This document shows, piece after piece, positions 22,601 through 28,697 of a stretch of DNA of 46,868 nucleotides (its first letter is position 1; each line of letters starts with the position of its first letter). A program made the position numbers and the translations under genes. The stretch spans positions 1 to 46,868 of the forward strand of contig DATDXA010000003.1 in NCBI GenBank assembly GCA_035289485.1, read 5' to 3'. A model generated the notes under the pieces. That model had not been told where the DNA came from. It ran no database searches and saw nothing but the letters and a program-made list of their open reading frames with translations. The DNA is from an archaeon (GTDB lineage: Archaea; Iainarchaeota; Iainarchaeia; Iainarchaeales; Iainarchaeaceae).

Positions 22601-23931
22601 CGATTGTCTGGACAAATGAAATACCAAATGCCGGGGCGTTCATGGATACGGTGCATTTCAACGCTCTCCTCATCAAGGACGGCTATAGCGACGATTTCAA
22701 GGGCGATTTCGCGCACCACTATTCAACAGAGAGATTCTTCGACACCCCAGACTGGTTTGCAGCCCTTGCAAAGGACAGCACAGGAAGGGATTATGGGGTT
22801 GGCAGGCTCTTTGAGCAGAACATGATAAAGTTCACGAACAGGTTCTTTGATTCCGCTCAGCTATCAAGCGCGGGAGTTCACGAGGTGCTAATAAGCATAA
22901 GAGGGGACAACGGAAAATTCACTTTCTTCAACGCAGACGGCACAGCGAATGCTGGCATTAATGTTGAATTCTACCTAATACAAGAGCCAAGCCCAAATTC
23001 GGCATTCTATTCAATTCCATTTGACGGGCTTGTGGGACTTGAGGGCGATTCATTCAACAGGCAGGGATACGGGACAAGCTTTATCAACAGCGAAACAGGG
23101 AAATTGATAGCAATCAACAATGAAGCCGAGCCTGCAAAAACCTACAACGATGGCGGGAGCAACCCCGTAACATTTGTGAATTCGCATCTTGAGAAAAGCT
23201 TTTACGGTCTGAACGCATCCCCCTCGCAGCGCGGGAACTTGCTCAGTATTGAAAAGACGGCTGCAGGCGAGGCGGATTTGAGGTTTGCCCCGTCCAAGGC
23301 GACGCCTGTGACCCTGAAGGTTAATGCTGGCAGCATTTCAGCGGAAAATCTCGCCGCGTTCTATAGGATTACGGCAACAGAAGCCCCAGTGGATTCCGGG
23401 CAGACGGCGACATATTGGGATGGTGCGGGAGCCTGCCTTGACAATACCGGAACTCTCATTACAGAATCATTTGACACCCGCCCTGACAGGGCTGCGCAGC
23501 CACGCGACCCTGTGCTCAACTGGCAGAGCGCGTACGGAGTTGACTTCGGGCCGGTAAATTACACGGGGGAGGTATACATCAGGACGATTTTCTACACAAA
23601 TCCCCTTGAGCAGTTCGCGATTGCCTCGGAGTTGCCTGCCGAGAAAATGCAGTTCATAACGCCTGATTCAAAGGGATCAAAGGTCGCGTTGGGCGGAGTT
23701 AGCGGCGAGCAATTCAACAACCCGCTTGGAGGAACTTCAGGGACAGTTGGCAGCATAAGCGATGTGTTCGGGCTTGTGCAAAATGAAAAGGTGTGTGTTG
23801 TGGATTCGGGCAGGAACGCGCAGTTTTTCTGGAACCCGAAAAGCATTTATGAGATGGGCGAGGAAAAAAGCATTTCAAATCTTTCCAATTCCCTTGTTGC
23901 CGGGCAGACATGCATCGGGCTGGGTGATTGA
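16657..23931 (+). CDS. Giant membrane-anchored surface protein 3 (about 2424 aa)
   Basis: ORF 16645..23931, likely ATG at 16657; N-terminal TM (LLAGAGLIAIVVLGLVFL); motifs CMPATCG, AKWA, CDEDFC, GRTGNGALPRI, YCDATQ, WDGAGAC, FFWNP. Confidence 0.9.
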   Translation: MEFLDNIRDSLVSMWESQDRAKLLAGAGLIAIVVLGLVFLSISGLSAGQLTVVTKNSSGEALWKTSVKLSGLEGDFSGTTDRSGTIVFSGVPAGKKFTIEAFGTGFETSKTDFILTKSAEETQITLKAEQENAPALKVITFAGPDGVKLDKKLITVELSCSSGLTVNNSVQQVSNGRLEVEAPSGCGVLSATISAAGFETDTFNLNESSVIRLQALQTEQGRAIVVVKDAAGRFLDNIEVSILDSRGIPTGEVEITSFGEASFSLDSGKYIARAYDSTLAYASAQTEFSIAAKSEARAAITLEEKPLATITAKVIDKSSKAEVKNATVVLESPDGAKISREFNGGNVSLALSKIGIYKLSASADGYARSNEISVNSASIPSQGYTLEIAKCMPATCGILTVSVRDEDNEPVANARVAIVNLDTGFFAEEYGLKYTDINGAAKFSGVKTGKYNAIVQKYPAEGSSEPFDAVTGTDARVKAQLTIGEGTIEVLALDPDGKPVAFGFAEFRSEGRERLGKLPLNSQGKAAFTTKADKKVFVTLSADGYTNYTSGGTQVYPGKIVSINAELRREILGDGPGIEFIGLFDESGRAAGAIFSGNAYSARFIVSVPENSADELEQLGVFIRTGEDSIVEKDPIYINSVDAPRASVLKGSTYSEPKGTEEDEAHITNGEAKWASIVWDRSEIRQGLYEAAVEIKARESATPGASMPIFYRAYGVKEDGSVVRDPIDTELGTGEETSAKHALYAKSYEKEYAEGAIEECDEDFCYSQRIIDTKNDLYLTPPYQLRIFGNYTMEFSITNNSRSVHDSSNIRIKNSVDGTILGKSLRIISYNITNAASQQFSSSTPAFEISPIALGDFRENKEIRAKLMLKPEVLGLSALDIRIVSDREQVFTRQVQVNVVNEKDLNVSVRPLTMPAFTQFDLNVEARFFSTEADFDEVEGAFVRVERATPDRQKSTFTSITDGEGKARIRIPASPPGTRIKVRVEKDGFAGKEHSFEISKSVVSFNPASIKSSLDLTTNTEQRVALEATNLVPIELTVSEMRFAGDFKGLLDSSRMNNWLDQYVGKSTLAHGSTAQFTLLSAISDDAKQISEIRKLNARLVFEVSTKDGGIKWPMEVPAQIAISLAEPPKNPGCIEVGLKEWKDATLGGKAEIEFYIKNGCVGQNGKPLDLRSLKAKIAWKSNKYGNVELHVTDHENAQEASEALSEGDYSTLFESVPGGKEYTAILVFTPKGGTIGKKAEFSVLVDAAQNAVDGEQLVGASNQIAAQIDIIDLSQCVKYTPEPESGVRLEETQSDAKLDIDASACGNVNIDFWLCKDDKDCSGGAEGGITVSPEQFTLTPQSAKKSVVVSRQQIPGLYGIGVFVRTPGSNYRQINTVDVLAKPTKEDAFELFKYEFSAVGKGSQDSTELTNRFFVEDIGVDASICDWGDATEKGWFDWKFAGIGAIVGAIKGMQPAMAAAKEAAKTLSTQTSNTLKAAQSAQDASSASNAASTSTAEALCSKVKSAQAAVASAQAACSGSSAAAAVGGANTAMTSANTACEKAKEQVRSAGLLDTVIRTALRVIGIPFSGNTSAVAGATQNAQKQGSNIALTQSDLSAIQGNITTANSELGVAHAAISDDCSNVYTSGICLACNAALGTADSQVAAANGAASSYSGGQLPKSATDTASTASAGQATQQAATSTWSKMLHPLRTMTSSFGPSGIMAAYTVGGFMVGGLLGGLFGTDPCAQHTTANLPDYRINLLDDVRGIESGSGKFGYAFGIDSAKIIGTWEKQRIGLVATNSGVSSAKPVYDTVTLSVAQHLHTNPTKIDAGNKDFGPFKVPDQQKINVDAKLHLKFKTQDVEEQIPELDFDTVSCVAGNKIGRTGNGALPRIKLDWGFGEGGIGNETCLESNQKGVYCDATQFSITLSKRLNSLREFFSANQNLRCPANPLSGQFGAIHTDLNAQQSLALSTSCYISDWSGYTDGEPTIQALIEANKNTIVWTNEIPNAGAFMDTVHFNALLIKDGYSDDFKGDFAHHYSTERFFDTPDWFAALAKDSTGRDYGVGRLFEQNMIKFTNRFFDSAQLSSAGVHEVLISIRGDNGKFTFFNADGTANAGINVEFYLIQEPSPNSAFYSIPFDGLVGLEGDSFNRQGYGTSFINSETGKLIAINNEAEPAKTYNDGGSNPVTFVNSHLEKSFYGLNASPSQRGNLLSIEKTAAGEADLRFAPSKATPVTLKVNAGSISAENLAAFYRITATEAPVDSGQTATYWDGAGACLDNTGTLITESFDTRPDRAAQPRDPVLNWQSAYGVDFGPVNYTGEVYIRTIFYTNPLEQFAIASELPAEKMQFITPDSKGSKVALGGVSGEQFNNPLGGTSGTVGSISDVFGLVQNEKVCVVDSGRNAQFFWNPKSIYEMGEEKSISNLSNSLVAGQTCIGLGD

Positions 23932-24318
23932 ATGGAACAGATTGGCGCACTTGTGTTATTGGGTGTTTTCGAGATTTTCAACGACTTCAATCTCATCATA
24001 AAAATTTTTGTGCTAATGACTCTTGCAAGCTGGGTTAGAAACCATCTGGGCGATAGCCCTCTTAGTTGGATACTTATCGGGGGCCTTGGGTATTTCATAC
24101 TCTTTGATGGCTGGGCGATTTTCGGGCCGATTTATCTTCTCTACATGCTCCTCGGGTTCGGGGTGAGTTCGGTAATTATTGACTTCTTCTTTGTAGGCGG
24201 CGGAAGCCCTCCTGCGCCTGAGGAGGGAATGGAGTCTCCCGTGAGCAGCGGAGTTGACATAATGAAGAGGATGCACGAGGCGCATGCCGCGCACCATGGA
24301 ATGAGGAGGGGCGGCTGA
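23932..24318 (+). CDS. Small membrane protein A (128 aa, about 3 TM)
   Basis: Starts directly after the giant-3 stop; hydrophobic core with WVRNHLGDSPL motif; His/Gly-rich tail. Confidence 0.85.
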   Translation: MEQIGALVLLGVFEIFNDFNLIIKIFVLMTLASWVRNHLGDSPLSWILIGGLGYFILFDGWAIFGPIYLLYMLLGFGVSSVIIDFFFVGGGSPPAPEEGMESPVSSGVDIMKRMHEAHAAHHGMRRGG

Positions 24319-24638
24319 TGAACCAGAAAGGCCACATAATCCTGATAATCATAGCCGCATTCATAGTTCTTGCGATAATTCCAGTGGTAATAACAAGCGT
24401 ATTCTGGCCGGCAAAAATTTTGATGCAGATAATAATGATTTTCACGCTCTACACTACAGTGCGCGGTTTTCTGGGCTCTGGAACGCCAACCCTTGTGATT
24501 TCTGCAATCCTGATTTATTTCATGGTTTTCAAGTATTTTGAGATTTTCCTCTCGCTCTACATTCTCCAGCTCCTTTTGGGCCTTCAGTTCCTTTCCGTCA
24601 TTATATGGGGTTTAGGCACCACCATGAGGAAAGGTTAA
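24318..24638 (+). CDS. Small membrane protein B (106 aa, about 3-4 TM)
   Basis: TGATG stop/start overlap with the previous gene; almost entirely hydrophobic; TVRGFLGSGTPTL motif. Confidence 0.85.
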   Translation: MNQKGHIILIIIAAFIVLAIIPVVITSVFWPAKILMQIIMIFTLYTTVRGFLGSGTPTLVISAILIYFMVFKYFEIFLSLYILQLLLGLQFLSVIIWGLGTTMRKG

Positions 24639-24687
24639 GGATTTATTATGCGGCAGACAATAGTATTTGGGAAATGGGGCTGAAAAA

Positions 24688-24948
24688 ATGGCATACCCTT
24701 TTGGAGACGTACTTGGCAGCGTTTACATAGTCGGCGTGCTCTTCATCTTTATCTGGATTTTTGGCTGGACCAAGGAAAACTTAGGGTCAGCTAAGCTTGC
24801 AATACTTTTTGCCATAATTGTCGTATATCTCACATTTTTCAGCTATGATTTTTTGTTCTGGGTTCTGCTGGCGTTCTTCCTGCTCCAGACGCTTGGAAAG
24901 GAATTCATTTCGCAAATAAACCCATTTGGCGGGGACCAGCTGAGGTGA
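24688..24948 (+). CDS. Small membrane protein C (about 86 aa, about 3 TM)
   Basis: ORF 24667..24948, likely ATG at 24688; WTKENLGSAKL motif resembling A and B. Confidence 0.8.
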   Translation: MAYPFGDVLGSVYIVGVLFIFIWIFGWTKENLGSAKLAILFAIIVVYLTFFSYDFLFWVLLAFFLLQTLGKEFISQINPFGGDQLR

Positions 24949-25029
24949 CTTTTAAATGAATGCTGAAGGTTTAGTTGCGAAGCCAGCCCTGCTGAAAGCA
25001 GTGCACCTTGCCAGCCGAACATTGCTGAC

Positions 25030-25078
25030 CGAAGGCCACCGCCCCCTTCCGATGGGCTTGTCGGACGGAGGTGCCCGC
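25030..25078 (+). repeat. GC-rich palindromic intergenic repeat, copy C
   Basis: CGAAG-N5-CGCCCCCTTCCGA, hairpin TCCGA..TCGGA, then CGGAGGTGCCCGC identical to 13 nt of the copy at 45471-45532. Confidence 0.55.
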
Positions 25079-25080
25079 TG

Positions 25081-25407
25081 ATGGACACATTCAATTTTCT
25101 CCTGACGACAATGCTGATGATGCTTGCAATACAGCTTCACGAACCCTTCATCGCGCTTGGAATTCTTGTAATAAACATTCTAACTTCCAAGGATCTCTCA
25201 ACCATAATCGCGTTCATAGCGGTTTCAGCGGGGCTCTTTCTCATAATAGGCGGTGGGTGGGATGATAGCTGGTGGCTTGTTGCGATATTTGGAATCATTG
25301 TAATTGCGATTGTAAGCGGCTCAAAGTCCGCGCCAGCGCAGCCTGACATGGGGCTTGGGGGCTATGGGGACCTGCTTGGCGGAATGGGCGGCGCAGGTGG
25401 GTATTAG
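25081..25407 (+). CDS. Small membrane protein D (108 aa) with Gly-rich tail
   Basis: Three to four hydrophobic segments, C-terminal GLGGYGDLLGGMGGAGGY; SD-like GGAGGTG upstream. Confidence 0.85.
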   Translation: MDTFNFLLTTMLMMLAIQLHEPFIALGILVINILTSKDLSTIIAFIAVSAGLFLIIGGGWDDSWWLVAIFGIIVIAIVSGSKSAPAQPDMGLGGYGDLLGGMGGAGGY

Positions 25408-25799
25408 TGCAGCTTGTTTTGCTGATTGTGTTTTTGCTTGCGATAATTTTTCTTGTGCAGGCAAAGATTGTCTGGCTAGCCGGCATTGTTTTTTTGCTTC
25501 TTTTGCTTGACCTATTTGGCGGCGTGGTTTCAAAATTCTTTGGCTTTGTTGGCGCTGCGGCAGAGGCAACAGGTGAAATCGTTGCAGAGGAAGCAGGGGA
25601 AGTTGAGGCTGCAAAAACCAAGTATCCTCATGGCAAGAAGTTTATTGACGAGGGACTTGGAAGGATAGGAAAAGAGCTTGGGAAGAAGGAGAAGGAGCGT
25701 GATGAAAAGAAGAAAATGAAGAGCAAACTAAATGTGGCAAATGCTGTTGGAGCAATTGACAATTTCATGATGGGATTTGGGAAGCTGTTTAAGAAATAA
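25407..25799 (+). CDS. Small membrane protein E (130 aa) with charged helical C-terminus
   Basis: GTG start overlapping the previous stop (TAGTG); two N-terminal TM segments followed by a Lys/Glu-rich region. Confidence 0.8.
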   Translation: MQLVLLIVFLLAIIFLVQAKIVWLAGIVFLLLLLDLFGGVVSKFFGFVGAAAEATGEIVAEEAGEVEAAKTKYPHGKKFIDEGLGRIGKELGKKEKERDEKKKMKSKLNVANAVGAIDNFMMGFGKLFKK

Positions 25800-25838
25800 G
25801 AGAAGTTAAGAAATAAAAAAAGGAATTTGTGCGTGCGG

Positions 25839-26438
25839 TTATTTCTTCTGCAATTCAAGCAGCGTTTTCCTGTTGGTTTCAAGTATTTTCTGCAGCAGGC
25901 CCTGAATCGCAATTGTATTCGCTTTTGTTTGAGCAACTTCTCTTTCGAGGGCAGATATGCGCAAATCAAGCGCCGAAAGCTTTGCAATTTCCTCGCCTGA
26001 AAGCCTTGGCGTGGAATCAAGTTTTTCATGCAGCGCGGAAATGTCATTATGCATCTCCTCCATCTTGCCGGTGTGCTGGTCTAGAACTGTGTGGGTGGTT
26101 GTGTGATTTGCAAGCTGCTCTTCGCCAGAATCTTCTATCTGGTCTTTAAGGTCAGTATCTGCATCTTCCTCTTCTCCCGCGTATTCTGAATCATCGCCTT
26201 CTGAGAGCTCTTCATTAGCACCCTGCTCCGGATCTTGTTCACTCTCTTGTGAAGCGCCCTGCGCAGCAGAAGCGGGAGATTGCCCGAGCCCTTTTGCATC
26301 GCGTATTATTTGTAAAATTTCAGGGTCGCTTAGGCCAATGCCCTGCAGGGTCGCTTTTATAGTGGCATCATCAACGCCTGTTGAAACCATCCTTTTTACG
26401 GTCTGCAAAACCACATCAGTTGAAACCATTTCAAACAC
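25839..26438 (-). CDS. Acidic coiled-coil hypothetical protein (199 aa)
   Basis: Small helical N-domain, very acidic linker and heptad-patterned C-terminus (LDLRISALEREVAQTKANTIAIQGLLQKIL). Confidence 0.8.
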   Translation of the reverse strand: MFEMVSTDVVLQTVKRMVSTGVDDATIKATLQGIGLSDPEILQIIRDAKGLGQSPASAAQGASQESEQDPEQGANEELSEGDDSEYAGEEEDADTDLKDQIEDSGEEQLANHTTTHTVLDQHTGKMEEMHNDISALHEKLDSTPRLSGEEIAKLSALDLRISALEREVAQTKANTIAIQGLLQKILETNRKTLLELQKK

Positions 26439-26558
26439 CGTTTTCCTTTGCGAGCCAATCCTTGCCTATTCTGCATATTAGGGATTAACCGATATTTAAA
26501 TTCTCGGTAGCGAAGGAGCAGATGGCCTTATTGTAAAGTCAGGCCTACCGAGCCCGAG

Positions 26559-26598
26559 CGAGGTAGTCCGCTCCCTCCCGACGAGCAGGTCGGGGCGC
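26559..26598 (+). repeat. GC-rich palindromic intergenic repeat, copy B
   Basis: CGCTCCCTCCCGAC-GAGCAGGTCGGGGCGC (26569-26598) matches the reverse complement of 45471-45521 at 28 of 30 aligned positions. Confidence 0.65.
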
Positions 26599-26635
26599 AT
26601 AACGTATATATAGGAATTATGCCCAATACTTTGAA

Positions 26636-28141
26636 ATGAACCTTTTCAGGATAGGCAATGGCCCTTGGGAGAAGCTTTTTTCAGGGGTTTTTCAAGAGCA
26701 CGATATTGAGCTATATTCTAACCCTGACAGGATTTTGCTTGTTCTTATTTACGAAAAAAAGCTCGATGTTTTGGAAGGGGCAATAGCCGAAGTTTACAAG
26801 GTTTTCCACGCAAAAGGGGAAGTCGAGGCTTTTACAGAAACGCTCCCCCGCGAGGCGCTGATAATTACAAAGCATGATGAGCGGAGCACAATGAAATTCC
26901 TGCTCCTTGGAAGCAAGCCAAATTATGTAAGATGGATTGAGGCCGAATTCATTGAAGAGGTAGATGCCATGGTAAAGAGGCTTTCAACATCCTCTGCAAT
27001 GATGAAGGACGTTTCAAAAGCGTATGAGCTCACACTTAGCGAAATTGGAGAGTCCGAGCAGGAAGTGCAGACTGCATTCTTTGCCCAGCCAATGCTTGTC
27101 CCGATACTTACAACGGCCTCGCACGGAAGCGTCTTCCAAGAGCCTCAGATAAAGCCAATCACAAAGGGCGAGATAATGCTTGGAATCACGCGCGACCGCA
27201 GCAGGGTAATAGAGCCGCTTGCGCTTTTTACAAAAACGATAATAACCGATGGGGAGGAAAAGGACAGGAACAGGGCGCTGCAGGTAATCGGGGAGAGCGC
27301 GCTTCTTTCAAACGTTCCTGCGGTTTTTGTGGATTTTAACAGGAAATTTATAGGCATCGGAGAGGCAAATAAGAATGCTGGCGAGCTGCAGAAGTATGAT
27401 GTCAATGTTGATGCGCTTGGTTTTCCTGCAAGGGTTCTAAAATCGCGCGAGAGCATCCGAATTGACCTGAACCTGCTCAACACCGAAGGGACAGCTGAGC
27501 TTTTTGGGGTTGGAGAAAAGGATTTTCCGAGAATTCTTAGAATGGCTCTGGACGCTGGCCCGGTTGCCACCATGAATGAGCTGGTTGAGAGGGTTTCGAA
27601 TACCGCGCAGACAGAGGAATTCAGCGAATTTAAAATCCGCAAGGCCGCGAGAATACTAAAGCTTATGGACGTCATTTATCCTAATCTTTTCGGCGGGCAA
27701 AATGATATTGAGGACATGGCAAAGCAGGGGCTTGCAAACATCGCAAGGGCATCGCTTCTGGAGTTCGAGGCAATGGACCAGCGCGCATCGCTTCTTCTTT
27801 TCCACTCCGTAATGAGAGGAATTTATGAGTACGCAAAGAAGAAGGGAAAATCCTCGGAAGTCCGGCTCATGGTGATAATTCCGCACGTGCACTACCTTAA
27901 GGGAAAGGGCAGGCAGCAGATTGATGTTGATGATATCGCATCGATTCTAAAGGACCTGCAAGGATTCGGGGTTTCATTTGCGATTGCGGCAGACAGCCTC
28001 ATTGATGTGAATCAGGAGATAAAGAATGTCGCAAACGCCAAGCTAAATGTCGTGAGCGAAAACGATCTGGGTGTGCAGCTAATCAACAGGAAGGCATACA
28101 GGGTGCTTGTGCGGCCAACGCTTAGCAGGCAGACGATTTGA
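26636..28141 (+). CDS. HerA/FtsK/VirB4-like P-loop protein with degenerate Walker A and B (probable pseudo-ATPase)
   Basis: HerA-like context EIMLGIT..TKTIITDGEEKDRNRALQVIGESALLSNVPAVFVDF. GxxGxGKS is replaced by DGEEKDR, and the Walker B position reads LMVIIPHVH instead of hhhhDEAH. Confidence 0.7.
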   Translation: MNLFRIGNGPWEKLFSGVFQEHDIELYSNPDRILLVLIYEKKLDVLEGAIAEVYKVFHAKGEVEAFTETLPREALIITKHDERSTMKFLLLGSKPNYVRWIEAEFIEEVDAMVKRLSTSSAMMKDVSKAYELTLSEIGESEQEVQTAFFAQPMLVPILTTASHGSVFQEPQIKPITKGEIMLGITRDRSRVIEPLALFTKTIITDGEEKDRNRALQVIGESALLSNVPAVFVDFNRKFIGIGEANKNAGELQKYDVNVDALGFPARVLKSRESIRIDLNLLNTEGTAELFGVGEKDFPRILRMALDAGPVATMNELVERVSNTAQTEEFSEFKIRKAARILKLMDVIYPNLFGGQNDIEDMAKQGLANIARASLLEFEAMDQRASLLLFHSVMRGIYEYAKKKGKSSEVRLMVIIPHVHYLKGKGRQQIDVDDIASILKDLQGFGVSFAIAADSLIDVNQEIKNVANAKLNVVSENDLGVQLINRKAYRVLVRPTLSRQTI

Positions 28142-28164
28142 AAATTTTATAAATAGGCACTGGA

Positions 28165-28650
28165 TTATTTCTTGCTTCTTGCAGCTCTCGCGCCCGATAG
28201 CTCCTGCACATCCTTAAGCGTTGCAAACTCAAGCGGATTGATTGAATTTATCACATATTTCATTTCACTGACATCCTCTGCCTTTGCGTAGGTCTCTTTT
28301 ATGTTTCCGATTTCGGATTCGAGCGCCGCGAGCTTTTCCTGGATTTCACTTAGCTGCGTTGAAATGCCCGCCATTCCCCTTTCAAAGGAGGATGCATCCA
28401 TTGAGGAGCCCTGCGCCCGCCCTTCCTGCATATCCTTTAGCTTCTTGTTGAGGACTAGCAGGTTGCGCCCAAGGATTTTCTCGTTGCGCACGAGGTATTT
28501 GATTTTTTGCGAAATTAGCATGATGCTGCTATTAAGCGCAGTGATATCGCCGTTGATTTTGGAGAAAATGCCCTGCGCGGGACCTGAAATCTTGCGATCC
28601 TGCCCCTGCTGTGGCTGATCTTGCGGCATGTGCCTTTGGTGCGGCGGCAT
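28165..28650 (-). CDS. Coiled-coil hypothetical protein (161 aa)
   Basis: Heptad-patterned helices and a C-terminal INPLEFATLKDV segment; divergent from polB. Confidence 0.8.
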   Translation of the reverse strand: MPPHQRHMPQDQPQQGQDRKISGPAQGIFSKINGDITALNSSIMLISQKIKYLVRNEKILGRNLLVLNKKLKDMQEGRAQGSSMDASSFERGMAGISTQLSEIQEKLAALESEIGNIKETYAKAEDVSEMKYVINSINPLEFATLKDVQELSGARAARSKK

Positions 28651-28697
28651 AAATAAAACCCGGTGCTAATAAAACACTTTATTGATAGAATATGCAT

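Noticed and set aside
1509-23950. Many 60-330 aa ORFs antisense or out of frame within the giant genes (e.g. 16653..17636, 12330..13058, 20769..21470)
   Set aside because: Shadow ORFs of long coding sequences; low-complexity Ser/Pro/Ala translations with no motifs.
24949-25080. GC-rich intergenic segment considered as 5S rRNA, SRP RNA or RNase P RNA
   Set aside because: No recognisable conserved motifs of these RNAs; better explained by the palindromic repeat family.
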